64,000 bases of DNA from Candidatus Eiseniibacteriota bacterium (GCA_963702435.1 CAVPCR010000001.1:672001-736000); one strand, 5' to 3'. Counted from the stretch's first letter, positions 12,773 through 22,977 are shown. Numbers and translations: made by a program. Notes: generated by a model not told the origin, from the letters alone.

Positions 12773-13567
12773 GTGAAGCAACTGCGTCTGGCCATACAAC
12801 TCGCTGTCGTAGCCGCCGCCGCGGTGGCCGGCGTTCGCTTCGCGCTCGGCCAGTCGCTCGTCTCGGTCGAGACCTACTGCCCGTTCGGCGGTCTCGAGAC
12901 GGCGTACGCCTTCGTCACGCGCCAGCGCTTCACCTGCGCCGCCGGCGACACCAACGTCGCCCTCTTCGTCGCGCTCCTCGCGCTCACCGTCCTCGCGCGG
13001 AAGGCCTTCTGCGGCTGGGTCTGCCCCGTCGGCGCCCTGGCCGAGTGGGAAGGGAAGCTCGCGCAGCGGCTCTTCCGCCGGAGCGACTACGCGGGCATCG
13101 TGCGCGTGCCGCCGCGCGTCGATCGCGCGCTCCGGATCGTGCTGCGCGTGCTCGTGCTCGCGGTCATCCTCATCGCGACATGGACGACCGGCGAGCTCGT
13201 GTTCCGCGGCTACGATCCCTACTACATCCTCTTCAGCGCGCATGGACACGATGTGCGCGCGTGGAGCTACGCGATCCTCGGCGGCCTCGCCGTCCTCGGC
13301 CTTGTGCTGCCGATGGCCTGGTGCCGCTACCTGTGCCCGCTCGGCACCACGATCTGGCCCTTCTCCGCCCTCGGCCGGCTGCGGCTCGCCCGCGTGGACG
13401 ACCACTGCACGGCCTGCGGCGCCTGCGACCAGGCCTGCCCGCAGTTGATCGACGTCTCGCGGGTCTCGGTCGTGCGCTCCGGCGAGTGCACGCTGTGCCT
13501 CGAGTGCACGGCGGTCTGCCCGAGCGATGGCGCGCTCGAGCTCCGCTTCGCGGGAGCCCGGCGATGA
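12773..13567 (+). CDS. 4Fe-4S-binding polyferredoxin membrane protein (NapH/YccM-like)
   Basis: ETYCPFG, FCGWVCP, WCRYLCP, CTACGACDQACP, CTLCLECTAVCP. Confidence 0.9.
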   Translation: MKQLRLAIQLAVVAAAAVAGVRFALGQSLVSVETYCPFGGLETAYAFVTRQRFTCAAGDTNVALFVALLALTVLARKAFCGWVCPVGALAEWEGKLAQRLFRRSDYAGIVRVPPRVDRALRIVLRVLVLAVILIATWTTGELVFRGYDPYYILFSAHGHDVRAWSYAILGGLAVLGLVLPMAWCRYLCPLGTTIWPFSALGRLRLARVDDHCTACGACDQACPQLIDVSRVSVVRSGECTLCLECTAVCPSDGALELRFAGARR

Positions 13568-13580
13568 GGATGGTCCAGCG

Positions 13581-13988
13581 ATGAGAGTCCCCCACTGGAT
13601 CGTGCCCGCGCTCGTGATCGCGGCGGCCGTCGCCGGCGTCGGCGGCGCGCGGCTCTTCGCCGCGCCGAGCGTGGTCCGCGACTTCAGCGCACCCGCGCCG
13701 GGCGCCGCCCCGCGCCACGTCATCTTCATCGTCCAGGGTGTGCGCTGCGTGGACACGGCCGAGCGCGCCGCGAAGCAGCTCGCGGAGGTCCCGGGCGTGA
13801 TCCGGTTCACGGCATGGGCGGCACGGGCCAGGGTCGAGGTGACCTACGACCCGGCCGTCACCAGTGCGTCCGCCCTGCAAGAGGCGCTCGAAGGGCCGGT
13901 GTACAACGAGACGACCGGCGAGTTCCTGTTCGGTGTGTTCGCCGTCCGCGAGATCGAGGGCGGCGAGAATCTGGAAAGGCCCCGCTGA
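13581..13988 (+). CDS. Membrane-anchored HMA-fold-like protein with degenerate metal motif
   Basis: N-terminal TM; FIVQGVRCVDTA...VPGV...VEVTYDP (HMA pattern, CxxT in place of CxxC). Confidence 0.65.
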   Translation: MRVPHWIVPALVIAAAVAGVGGARLFAAPSVVRDFSAPAPGAAPRHVIFIVQGVRCVDTAERAAKQLAEVPGVIRFTAWAARARVEVTYDPAVTSASALQEALEGPVYNETTGEFLFGVFAVREIEGGENLERPR

Positions 13989-14026
13989 TAGAGCAGCGAT
14001 CATTCATGTCACTGGAGGACCATTCG

Positions 14027-14464
14027 ATGCGTTCCACGTCTCTCGCCCTCATCCTGGCCTGCACCTTGATCCTCATGGGAAGCGCCTCCCTGGCAGCCGA
14101 CACGCCGGCCAAGGACGCGCCTCCGACCAAGAACGCCGCCCCGGCCGCCCCGGCCACTCAGACCGCGGTCTTCGCCGTGCCGAACCTGTCCGATCAGGCC
14201 GTGGTTAAGGACCTGAACAAGGCGCTCGCCAAGGAGAAGGGCATCCTCTCGGCCAAGGCCGAGACCGAGACCGGGAAGTTCCTCGTCACCTTCGAGACGG
14301 CGCAGAACTCGCCCGAGGCGCTGACGCAGGTCGTGACCAAGGTGGTGCCGCAGGCCAAGCTCGACACCGTGCGCGCCGCGGATGCCAAGCCCGCCGCCCG
14401 TGGTGACTGCGGCAAGTGCCCGAGCAAGTCGTCGTGCCCGAACGCGAAGAAGACGACGAGCTGA
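14027..14464 (+). CDS. Secreted HMA-fold-like protein with C-terminal CxxC-x5-C
   Basis: GGAGGA RBS; signal peptide; TAVFAVPNL...KALAKEKGI...VTFE; tail CGKCPSKSSC. Confidence 0.65.
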   Translation: MRSTSLALILACTLILMGSASLAADTPAKDAPPTKNAAPAAPATQTAVFAVPNLSDQAVVKDLNKALAKEKGILSAKAETETGKFLVTFETAQNSPEALTQVVTKVVPQAKLDTVRAADAKPAARGDCGKCPSKSSCPNAKKTTS

Positions 14465-14677
14465 CGGCGCGCGGCCGCGGACTCCGCGCCGCCAGCGGAC
14501 CGACTGCCGACCACCACGGCGCGGAGCGCATGCTCCGCGCCGCCCTCTCCCTGCCGGGCATGCGGCCGCCGGCGCCGATGCGGCCTGTTGCCGCGGGCCG
14601 ATGCGTTCCCGTATACTCCCTGCCCTGCCTCACCGACAGCGCGGGCCCCATCCACTCTTCAAGGAAGGAAGCAGATC

Positions 14678-15073
14678 ATGGGTCTATTCGACGGCATGCT
14701 CGAGAAGCTGGGCATCAAGAAGGCTGAGGCCGCGCCGGCCCCCAAGGCGCAACCGTTCCAGCCCACGCTCCTGACCCCCATTCCGCAGGAGGCGAAGCTG
14801 GCCCCGATGTCGGCCGTGGATGTCGTCGCCAAGCTCGAGAGCCTCGCCAAGGCCAACCCGCAGAAGCTCAACTGGAAGACCTCGATCGTGGATCTCATGA
14901 AGCTCCTCGACATGGACTCGAGCCTCACGGCGCGCAAGGAGCTGGCGACCGAGCTGGGCTGCCCGGCCGATCTCATGGGCGACTCGGCGAAGATGAACGT
15001 GTGGCTGCACAAGACGGTGCTCGCGAAGATCGCCGAGAACGGCGGCAACATCCCCGCGGAGTTGCTCGACTAG
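14678..15073 (+). CDS. DUF3597 domain protein
   Basis: LNWKTSIVDLMKLLDMDSSLTARKELATELG...DSAKMNVWLHK. Confidence 0.9.
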   Translation: MGLFDGMLEKLGIKKAEAAPAPKAQPFQPTLLTPIPQEAKLAPMSAVDVVAKLESLAKANPQKLNWKTSIVDLMKLLDMDSSLTARKELATELGCPADLMGDSAKMNVWLHKTVLAKIAENGGNIPAELLD

Positions 15074-15149
15074 ACTGAACGCGGCTGGGGGCGGCCGGCG
15101 ATGACTCGCCCGCCGCCCGCCCGGGGCCGCCGCGAGTCTTCGGCCCACG

Positions 15150-16478
15150 ATGAACCCAACGTCCACCCCACCTCGCATCTACAACCTCTTCCCGCGCCTC
15201 GCCGGTGATCTCACGCGCTGGTCCGAGGTCGCGCGCCATGCGCGCGCCATGGGCTTCGACTGGCTCTACGTGAATCCGTTCCACTACCCGGGTTTCTCCG
15301 GGAGCATGTACGCGGTCAAGGACTATTACCGCGTGGATCCGCTCCTCCTGCCCCCGGATCACCCCGACGCCCACTACGAGGAGAAGGTGCGCGGCGACGG
15401 GGGGATCGAGCTCCTGCGCGACACGATCGCCGCGATCCGCGCCCTCGGGCTCCGCCCGCTCATGGATCTCGTCGTCAATCACACGGCGCGGGACTCGCAT
15501 CTCGCCGCCGCGCATCCCGACTGGTACGTCCGCGACGCGGCGGGCGAGGTCCAGAGCCCGCATGCGATCGATCCCGCCGACGCGCGCCGGGTCACCGTGT
15601 GGGGCGATCTCGCCGAGATCGACAACGGGGGGGCGCGGGATCGGGACCGGCTCTGGCACTACTGGACCGATCTCGTCACGTTCTACGCGGAGCTCGGGTT
15701 CGAGGGATTCCGCGCCGACGCCGCGTACAAGGTGCCGGCCGCCCTGTGGGCGCATCTGGTCGCGCGCGCCCGCGCCGTGCGCCCCGGGGCCGCGTTCTTC
15801 GCCGAGACGCTCGGCGCCCGCCTCGAGGAAATCGCGTCCCTCGGCCCCGCCGGCTTCGACTACCTCTTCTCGAGCGTCAAGTGGTGGGATCTCGCCGCAC
15901 CGTGGTGCCTCGAGCAGCAGCGGGACCACGCGGCGATCGCGCCCTCGGTGAGCTTCCCCGAGTCGCACGACACGCCGCGCCTCATGGCGGAGACCGGCAG
16001 CTCCGTCGTCGTGCAGAAGCAGCGCTACGCGCTGGCCGCCGCCTTCTCGACCGCGGTCCTGATGCCGATCGATTACGAGCGCGGGGCGCGGCGGCGGCTC
16101 GATGTCGTCGCCACCCGGGCGAGCGACCGCGAGCCGCCGGCCTGCGATCTCTCGGCCTTCGTCGCGCGCGTGAATGCGGCGAAGGTCCGCTTCCCCGCGC
16201 TCGCCGCGGAGGACGTGACGGCGGCAAGCCCGCTCGCTGCGCCGGCCATCCTCCTCGCAAAACGCGCCGGGAGCGCGCGTGCCTGGATCGCCCTCAACAA
16301 GGACTGGCACGCCGCGCAGGAGCTCGCGCTCGACGGCATCGGCCCGGCTTGCGTCCTCCGCGTGTGCGCGGACGGGACGAATGCGGAAGCCGCCGCCGCT
16401 CCGGCCGAGCCCGCCGGCCCCCGTCTCCGCCTCGCCCCGGCCGAGGTCGCCTACCTTGTGCCGGACCCCGAGCGGTGA
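15150..16478 (+). CDS. Alpha-amylase family glycoside hydrolase (GH13), cytoplasmic
   Basis: Conserved regions DLVVNH, GFRADAA, FAETL, ESHDTPRL. Confidence 0.88.
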   Translation: MNPTSTPPRIYNLFPRLAGDLTRWSEVARHARAMGFDWLYVNPFHYPGFSGSMYAVKDYYRVDPLLLPPDHPDAHYEEKVRGDGGIELLRDTIAAIRALGLRPLMDLVVNHTARDSHLAAAHPDWYVRDAAGEVQSPHAIDPADARRVTVWGDLAEIDNGGARDRDRLWHYWTDLVTFYAELGFEGFRADAAYKVPAALWAHLVARARAVRPGAAFFAETLGARLEEIASLGPAGFDYLFSSVKWWDLAAPWCLEQQRDHAAIAPSVSFPESHDTPRLMAETGSSVVVQKQRYALAAAFSTAVLMPIDYERGARRRLDVVATRASDREPPACDLSAFVARVNAAKVRFPALAAEDVTAASPLAAPAILLAKRAGSARAWIALNKDWHAAQELALDGIGPACVLRVCADGTNAEAAAAPAEPAGPRLRLAPAEVAYLVPDPER

Positions 16479-16496
16479 CCGGCGCCCATCCGGTGC

Positions 16497-17201
16497 TCAG
16501 CGGGCGATGACGATCTTCTCCCGGCGGAGTTTGCCGCGCGATTCGAGAACGACGAGATAGACGCCGGCCGGCACCGGGTCGCCGCTCGCGGTCATGCCAT
16601 CCCAGGTCACCACATGGCGCCCCGGACCGAGGTCTCTGGCGAGCAGTGACCGCACGACCCGCCCGCCGGCGCCGGCGATGCGCAAGTCAACGTGCGCGGC
16701 TCGTGGCAGATCGAAGGGAATGCTGGCCGCGAGCGCGAGCGGCTGCGGATAGGGCGCATGCAGGGCGAAGGAATGAGCCGGCACGCGCACGGAGAGCGTC
16801 GCCCCCAGCTCCCGCCCGCCCCGGCGTCCGATCGCCACGAGCTCGTAGGCATAGGCTGCGGGCGCCCAGGAGAGCTCGCCGTCGGTCGAGCGATGGAGGC
16901 TCGACTCCATGGTGCCGGCGATGACGAGATCCGGATCGGCGAGGCTCGGGGCGAGCGCGGTGACGCGCGCCGCGGAGAGACCTTCGCTCCGCGGTTGCCA
17001 GGAGAGACCATCGTCCGGCGTGCGGTAGACGCCGGCGTCGGTTCCGGCGTAGGCGACGGTTCCCAAGGCGGCGTAGGCAAGCACGTTCGCGGGGCCGTAC
17101 CAGGGCCCGATCGGCTGCCATGGAGCTGCGAGCTCCGGGGACGAGAACGCGAGCAGCAACATGGTGGCAGTCAGCGTGCGGCCGTCTGGGGTGCTGGACA
17201 T
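16497..17201 (-). CDS. Short BNR/Asp-box repeat protein fused to FlgD-Ig/T9SS-like CTD; probable internal deletion
   Basis: Two Asp-boxes (YRTPDDGLSW, HRSTDGELSW), then an abrupt jump to YAYELVA... and the CTD (PYPQP...WDGMTASGDPVPAGVYL). Confidence 0.6.
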   Translation of the reverse strand: MSSTPDGRTLTATMLLLAFSSPELAAPWQPIGPWYGPANVLAYAALGTVAYAGTDAGVYRTPDDGLSWQPRSEGLSAARVTALAPSLADPDLVIAGTMESSLHRSTDGELSWAPAAYAYELVAIGRRGGRELGATLSVRVPAHSFALHAPYPQPLALAASIPFDLPRAAHVDLRIAGAGGRVVRSLLARDLGPGRHVVTWDGMTASGDPVPAGVYLVVLESRGKLRREKIVIAR

Positions 17202-17616
17202 GGGATCTACTCCGAAGCGGCGGTGCGCTGAGGGGGCTCGGACTCATCATACAGGCGCTGCATGCGCCCGCCATCAGACGAGGTCTGGCCCGGCCGAAGC
17301 CCGCCACCTCGCCCTCGAACGGCCCTGGGTGCCAACGCCGTTCACACGGTTGATCACGGCGTTGGCAGAGACTCATGTCGATCGAGCCGCCGGATCGTCG
17401 CGAAGCCGGCCGGTCCGTCCCCGGATGACAGTGCCGTGCGTGGTGTTGTTGCCCATGGCCGGAACCCGATGGGCGCCGGGGAAGCGAGACCGGGGTCGGC
17501 ATGAACCATGCAATGAGCGGAGTGGCGCGCGTCCTGACGTGCCCCGGGAAGGAGGGGTGCACATTGGATGCGGGGCCGCGCGGCGACGGCGATCGCGGCG
17601 AGTAGCCGGGCCAGCA

Positions 17617-17732
17617 AGTTCACAAAACCCGACAGCGTTTGATGCGGAGGGAGGTGGCGACCGGGATCATCCGAGCGAGGCGGAGTTCACAAAACCCGAC
17701 AGCGTTTGACGCGGCGGGAGGTAGCGGCCGGG
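17617..17732 (-). repeat. Two direct copies (period 67 bp) of the REP-like element, inverted relative to the 4244-4343 pair
   Basis: AGTTCACAAAACCCGACAGCGTTTGAYGCGG at 17617 and 17684; reverse complement AAACGCTGTCGGGTTTTGTGAACT. Confidence 0.85.
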
Positions 17733-17744
17733 CGATGCCGCCCG

Positions 17745-19742
17745 CTAGGCGAGCCAGCGCGCGAGCCAGGCGTGGATCGCGGCGTACCAGGCCTCCGCGT
17801 TCCTCGGCTTCTCGATCCAGTGCCCCTCGTCGGGGAAATAGAGGAGCTCGGACGGCACGCCGCGGGCCCGGAGCGCAGTGAACACATTGATGCCCCCGAG
17901 AACCGGGCAGCGGAAGTCCTGCTCCCCGTGGAGCACCAGCATCGGGGTCTTGAACGCGGCGAGCGCGCGGTCGGGCGACCAGCGCGCGTAGGCCGCCGGG
18001 TTCTCGACCGGGCTCCCCTCGAGCTCCCAGTGCGGGAACCAGAGCTCCTCGGTGCCGTAGTACATGATCTCGAGGTTGAAGATGCCGGCGTGGTTGACCA
18101 GGGCGCGGAACCGATCGGTGTGCCCGGCGAACCAGTTCATCATGTACCCGCCGAAGGAGGCGCCGGCCGCCGCCATGCGCTCGCCATCGATGAAGTCACA
18201 GGTCGCGAGGAGGTGATCGACGCCGCGCATGAGATCGTCGAAGCAACGGCCGCCCCAGTCGTTCCGGATCTGGTCCGAGAAGAGCTGGCCGTAGCCGCTC
18301 GATCCGCGCGGGTTGACCATGGCTACCACGTAGCCGGGGGCCGCGAACAGGTGCGCGTTCCAGCGATAGCCGAACTGATCGGCGAAGGCCGCATGCGGTC
18401 CGCCGTGGACGAGGTAGACGAGCGGATAACGGCGCTCCGGCGTGAAATTCGGCGGCAAAATGAGAAGACCATGCACCTCGGCGCCGTCTGCAGCCGGGAA
18501 CGTGAAGTCCCGGACCGGCGCGAGGTCGATCCCGGAGAGGCGCTCGGCGTGAAGCCGGGTGAGCGGGCAGACGGCACCGCTCGGGAGATCGAGGCGATGG
18601 AGCTCGGCCGGCGCGACGGCGCTCTGTCGTGCAATGACGAGATAGGTCCCGTCGTGGCCGACTGCCTTGAGTTCGTCGTAGCTCCCCTGCGTGATCCGGA
18701 CCGGCGCGCCGCCGGCGACGGCGACCCGCCAGACCGTCTTCCGGCCGCGCTCCTCGGCATGGAAGTAGAGACACCTCGCATCCGGGGCCCAGACGAAATC
18801 GCCGACCGAGAGATCGAGCTCCGCGGTGAGCGAGCGCGCTCCCCCTCTCGCGCGATCCACGAGCACGAGCTCGCGGCGATCGGACTCGTAGCCCTCGCGG
18901 GCCATGGCCAGGAAGGCGAGCCAGCGCCCGTCGGGGGAATGACGCGGGTTGGCCTCGCAGCCACGGCCGGGGGTGACCCGGCGTCCGCCGGCCGCTCCCG
19001 CGCCGTCCGGGAAGGGAGCGACCACGATCCCGTTCGACGTGCTGAGCGCGACGACCGGATCGTCGTTCCGGGCGAAGGCGATCTCGCCGCCGCCCGGCGC
19101 TACATCGTAATCGCAGCTCCCGCCGAGTGCGATCGGCGGCACGTCACGCTCGCCCGGGGTCAGGTCGCAGATGTGCCCGCTCGCGAGATCCACGGCGAAG
19201 AGGTGGTTCTTCTTTCCGTCGCGCCACGCGTCCCAGTGGCGGAACAGGAGCTCGCGCTCGTGGCGGGGGCCGCCCGCGCCCTCGACTGGACGCGCCGCCG
19301 GCGCGAGCGGCGCCGCCGGATCCACCTTCCCGGTCACGACGAGCGCCTTCCCGTCCGGCGCGAAGCGCGGCCCGCTCACCTCGAACGGGAGATCGGTCAG
19401 GCGGACGGCCTCGCCGCCCGCCATCGGGAGGAGCCAGACCTGCTTCGACCCCGCGCGATCGGAGATGAAGGCCAGCGTCCGCCCATCCGGGGAGAGGCGC
19501 GGCGATCCGTTCGAGTGCGGCCCGCGGACGAGCGGCCGCGCCTCGCCGTCGCCGCTCGCGGGCACGACCCAGAGCTCCTTCACGAGCTTGTTGCTGACGG
19601 TCGAGGGCCAGGCCACCTCGAAGACGATGCGGTCGGTGCCGGGCGCGGTCGTCGCATCGCCGAGGCGCCCGACCTGGATCAGGTCGGCGAAGGTGAAGGG
19701 GCGACCACCGCGAGTAGGCTCGGCGCGGGCAGGCTCGGTCAT
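17745..19742 (-). CDS. S9 family (prolyl oligopeptidase/acylaminoacyl) peptidase
   Basis: PD40-like repeats (SPDG), VHGGPH, nucleophile GASFGG, HGEQDFRC, FPDEGHW; AGGAGGAG RBS. Confidence 0.93.
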   Translation of the reverse strand: MTEPARAEPTRGGRPFTFADLIQVGRLGDATTAPGTDRIVFEVAWPSTVSNKLVKELWVVPASGDGEARPLVRGPHSNGSPRLSPDGRTLAFISDRAGSKQVWLLPMAGGEAVRLTDLPFEVSGPRFAPDGKALVVTGKVDPAAPLAPAARPVEGAGGPRHERELLFRHWDAWRDGKKNHLFAVDLASGHICDLTPGERDVPPIALGGSCDYDVAPGGGEIAFARNDDPVVALSTSNGIVVAPFPDGAGAAGGRRVTPGRGCEANPRHSPDGRWLAFLAMAREGYESDRRELVLVDRARGGARSLTAELDLSVGDFVWAPDARCLYFHAEERGRKTVWRVAVAGGAPVRITQGSYDELKAVGHDGTYLVIARQSAVAPAELHRLDLPSGAVCPLTRLHAERLSGIDLAPVRDFTFPAADGAEVHGLLILPPNFTPERRYPLVYLVHGGPHAAFADQFGYRWNAHLFAAPGYVVAMVNPRGSSGYGQLFSDQIRNDWGGRCFDDLMRGVDHLLATCDFIDGERMAAAGASFGGYMMNWFAGHTDRFRALVNHAGIFNLEIMYYGTEELWFPHWELEGSPVENPAAYARWSPDRALAAFKTPMLVLHGEQDFRCPVLGGINVFTALRARGVPSELLYFPDEGHWIEKPRNAEAWYAAIHAWLARWLA

Positions 19743-19842
19743 GGCAGGACTCCTCCTTGAGCGATGCATCATACCTGCTGCACCGCCCCCGGAGGAGTCC
19801 CGCCGCGAACACCCGGTCGAACGCGTCCGCTCGGGGCCCGGT

Positions 19843-21372
19843 TCACCGCTCGATCGTGCGCACGACCGTCCCGTCCGGCGCGATCAGGCGTGCGATGAGC
19901 CCCATCTGCCCCGGCAGCGTGTGCGCCGCGCAGCCGTGGCACGGGTCGTAGGCGCGGAACGCCATCTCGACCTTGTTGAGAAGCCCCTCCGACACCGCTC
20001 CGCCGCGGATCAGCGCCTTCGCCGCGCGCTCGACGCTCATGGCCATGCGCGCCGAGTTCCCCTGGGTGGCCACGATCAGGTTCGCCTTCCGGATGAGGCC
20101 CCGCTCGTCGGTCTCGTAGTGATGGATGAGCGTGCCGCGCGGCGCCTCGACCACCCCGATCCCGACCTTCGGGGTCGCCCGCGGGATCGTCCGCACCTCG
20201 GTCGAGGTGATCTCCGGGTCGGCGAGGAGCTCCCCGAGCCGCTCCGCCGCGGCGATCATCTCGACCACCCGCGCCCAGTGGTTGGCGAGCGTGTGGTGGA
20301 CCGGCCGGCCGCCCAGGGTGGCGAAGAGCTCGGCCCGCGCCGCCTCGGCCTCCGGGGTCGCGAACCCCTCGCTCGCGTTCAGCCGCGCGAGCGGCGCCAC
20401 CGAGTAGACCCCGCTCTCCTTCCCCTCCACGAACCCGTGCCAGCCGACGCGCTTCAGGTAGCAGAACTTGACGTAGCTCCACGGCTCGACGTGCTCGGCG
20501 ATGTGATCGAGATAGCTCGCGATCGGGAACCGGGCGAACTCCTTCCCTTCCGGATCGACCACCCGCACCTGGCCGTCGTAGAAGGCCGTGCGGTTCTTCT
20601 CGTCGACGAGCCCCATGTAGTAGGTGCGGTGCGTGTAGGCATCGGCGGTGATGAGGCCGACGTACTCCGGATTCGCGAGCACGACATCCTTGAACACCTG
20701 GAGCGTGAAGCGGGCGAACTCGAGCCCTTCCGTCGCCACCTCGCGGAAGCGCGCGCGATCGGGCTCGGCGAGCGGCTTCGCCACCCCGCCCGGAAGGCCG
20801 AGGACCGGATGCACCGGCTTCCCGCCGAGCGTGCCCACGATCTCGCGGATCCGCCGCCGCATGGCGATCACGCGCTGGCCGGTGGCGACCCCGAACTTCT
20901 GGATCACCCCGATCAGGTTCCGCATCTCCTTCGGCGCCTCCGGCCCGACCAGGAAGTCCGGCCCGCCGAGCACATAGACGTGGAGAGCGTGATCCTCGAG
21001 CATGAAGGCGTTGTAGACGAGCTCGCGGAGCTTCTTCGCCGCGGGCGGCGGCTCGACCTGGTAGAGCGCGTCGAGCGCCTTGGTCGCCGCCATGTGGTGC
21101 GCGGTCGGGCAGACCCCGCACACCCGGCTCGTGATCTGCGGCATGTCCTCGGCCGGCCGGCCCACGCAGAACTGCTCGAACCCGCGGAGCTCCGGCACCT
21201 GGAAGTACGCCCGCTCGACGTCCCCGGCGGCGTCGAGGAAGATGTCGATCTTCCCGTGGCCCTCGAGACGCGTGATCGGATCGATCGTGAGCCGCCGCGT
21301 CGCGTAGGTGGCCGCCGCGCGCCCAAGCCCCTCGTTCCACACCTGCTCCATCGTGTCAACGGTGTCCGTCAT
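19843..21372 (-). CDS. mvhA: [NiFe]-hydrogenase large subunit, group 3c (MvhA)
   Basis: TIDPITRLEGHG, L1 RVCGVCPTAH, EAPRGTLIHHY, L2 DPCHGCAAH followed by a C-terminal extension; context with mvhG/D and hdrABC. Confidence 0.92.
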   Translation of the reverse strand: MTDTVDTMEQVWNEGLGRAAATYATRRLTIDPITRLEGHGKIDIFLDAAGDVERAYFQVPELRGFEQFCVGRPAEDMPQITSRVCGVCPTAHHMAATKALDALYQVEPPPAAKKLRELVYNAFMLEDHALHVYVLGGPDFLVGPEAPKEMRNLIGVIQKFGVATGQRVIAMRRRIREIVGTLGGKPVHPVLGLPGGVAKPLAEPDRARFREVATEGLEFARFTLQVFKDVVLANPEYVGLITADAYTHRTYYMGLVDEKNRTAFYDGQVRVVDPEGKEFARFPIASYLDHIAEHVEPWSYVKFCYLKRVGWHGFVEGKESGVYSVAPLARLNASEGFATPEAEAARAELFATLGGRPVHHTLANHWARVVEMIAAAERLGELLADPEITSTEVRTIPRATPKVGIGVVEAPRGTLIHHYETDERGLIRKANLIVATQGNSARMAMSVERAAKALIRGGAVSEGLLNKVEMAFRAYDPCHGCAAHTLPGQMGLIARLIAPDGTVVRTIER

Positions 21373-22367
21373 GGCTTCGGCTCCCTCCCGGCGATCTCCG
21401 TTTCCGCGATCTTCGCGCGCAGGCGCGAGGCGGCGAGCCCGTACCGGTAGAAGGTGCCCACCGGATCCGGGATGCCCGCGAGCGTCGTCACGATGTCCTC
21501 GTCGGTCTTCGGTTCGATGTTCGCGGCCAGGGAGGACAGGATCTTCGCGCCCTGGTCGGCGACGCGCGAGGTGGGCCCGAAGCAGCCGGTGCACGGCATC
21601 CAGCCGCCGATGCAGAGCGCCTCGCACCCGCTCCGCGTCGCCGGCCCCATGCACAGAACGCCCTGCGCGAGGAAGCACTGGTCCGGATCGAGCCGGACCA
21701 GGTGCGGCCGGCGGAACTCGGTGATCGCGAGATCCACCGGCTTCGAATCCTTGCGCGGGCACTCGTCGCAGAGCGCGATGTCCGGCGCGAGGACGGCGCC
21801 CCGGGGCGGGAGCTTCCCGGCGAGGATCGCTTCCAGCGCCCCGGCGAGGAGCTTGGCCGTGGGCGGGCACCCCGGAATCGTGTAGTCGACGTCGATCACC
21901 GCGCCGAGCGGGCGCACCACATGCCAGAGCTCGGGCAAGGTCACCTCGCGCCCGTCCTCGACCACGCGGAGCGCGGGGCGCGTCCGCTCGGGATTCACGG
22001 TGCTCGGCGACTCCTCGTAGACCGTGCGCAGGAGGTCTTCCCGCGAGAACTGGTTCGCGAGCCCGGGGATCCCGCCCTGATGCGCGCAGGATCCGTAGGC
22101 GACGACGAGCGCGCTCTTCCGGCGGAGGAGATGCACCATCTCCTCCTGCTCGGAGCTGCGGACCGCGCCGTTCACGAGCGCGACCGCGATCGACCCGTCG
22201 GGCATCGCCTCGATGTCGGCGCGCTTGAAATCCATCGCCACCGGCCACAGCACGATGTCCACGGCGCCGACGACATCGAGGATGTTCTCGGCCAGATCCA
22301 CCACCGATTCCTCGCACCCCCCGCAGGAGGCGCACCAGTAGATAGCGATCTTGGGTTTAGCCGACAT
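21369..22367 (-). CDS. mvhG: [NiFe]-hydrogenase small subunit (MvhG)
   Basis: CASCGGC, GSCAHQGGIPG, IPGCPP, LCDEC, CFLAQGVLCMGPATRSGCEALC, PCTGCFGP. Confidence 0.92.
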   Translation of the reverse strand: MSAKPKIAIYWCASCGGCEESVVDLAENILDVVGAVDIVLWPVAMDFKRADIEAMPDGSIAVALVNGAVRSSEQEEMVHLLRRKSALVVAYGSCAHQGGIPGLANQFSREDLLRTVYEESPSTVNPERTRPALRVVEDGREVTLPELWHVVRPLGAVIDVDYTIPGCPPTAKLLAGALEAILAGKLPPRGAVLAPDIALCDECPRKDSKPVDLAITEFRRPHLVRLDPDQCFLAQGVLCMGPATRSGCEALCIGGWMPCTGCFGPTSRVADQGAKILSSLAANIEPKTDEDIVTTLAGIPDPVGTFYRYGLAASRLRAKIAETEIAGREPKP

Positions 22368-22950
22368 GGGTCACCGCCTCCTCCCGGCCCACATTCTCGA
22401 CGTCCGCCCCGCCTGCCGCACCCGCCGCCACCGCCTCGAGGTGGGTCATCTCGCGATCCCAGTCGGCGAAGCGCCCCGGCATCCCGAGAGGCCCGAGCGC
22501 CGTCACCTGGGCGACGAGCTCGTTCACCACGGTCTTGACGCGTTCCCCTTCCGAGGCCGAGATCCACTCGAGGCGCAAGCGCTCCGGGGCGATCCCCATG
22601 TCCTCGAGCACCCGCTTCAAGAGATGGAAGCGGCGGAGGCACTTGTAATTGCCTTCCATGTAGTGGCAGTCCCCCGGATGGCAGCCGCCGATCAGGACGC
22701 CGTCCGCGCCGCGGGCGAAGGCCTCGAGCACGAACTGCGGATCGACTCGTCCCGAGCACATGACCCGGATGATCCGGAAGTGCGGCGAATGCTTGAGCCG
22801 CGAGACGCCGGCCAGATCGGCCGCCGTGTACGTGCACCAGTTGCAGAAGAAGGCGATGATCCGGGGCCGGAAGCCGTTCTCGCGCCGATCCGGCGCGGGG
22901 CTGCCGCGCCGCCCTTGGTCACCCTCCCCGTTCGTGTTCTCTCTGGACAT
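22357..22950 (-). CDS. mvhD: Hydrogenase [2Fe-2S] adaptor subunit MvhD
   Basis: FFCNWCTYTAADLAG, VMCSGRVDP, GCHPGDCHY, LEWISASEG. Confidence 0.95.
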   Translation of the reverse strand: MSRENTNGEGDQGRRGSPAPDRRENGFRPRIIAFFCNWCTYTAADLAGVSRLKHSPHFRIIRVMCSGRVDPQFVLEAFARGADGVLIGGCHPGDCHYMEGNYKCLRRFHLLKRVLEDMGIAPERLRLEWISASEGERVKTVVNELVAQVTALGPLGMPGRFADWDREMTHLEAVAAGAAGGADVENVGREEAVTHVG

Positions 22951-22977
22951 TGGTCACCTCCGTTTCGCGAGCGCCCC

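Noticed and set aside
17330..17367. Integron attC site (TGCCAAC...GTTGGCA hairpin)
   Set aside because: Too short, does not fit RYYYAAC/GTTRRRY, and there is no integrase or cassette array.
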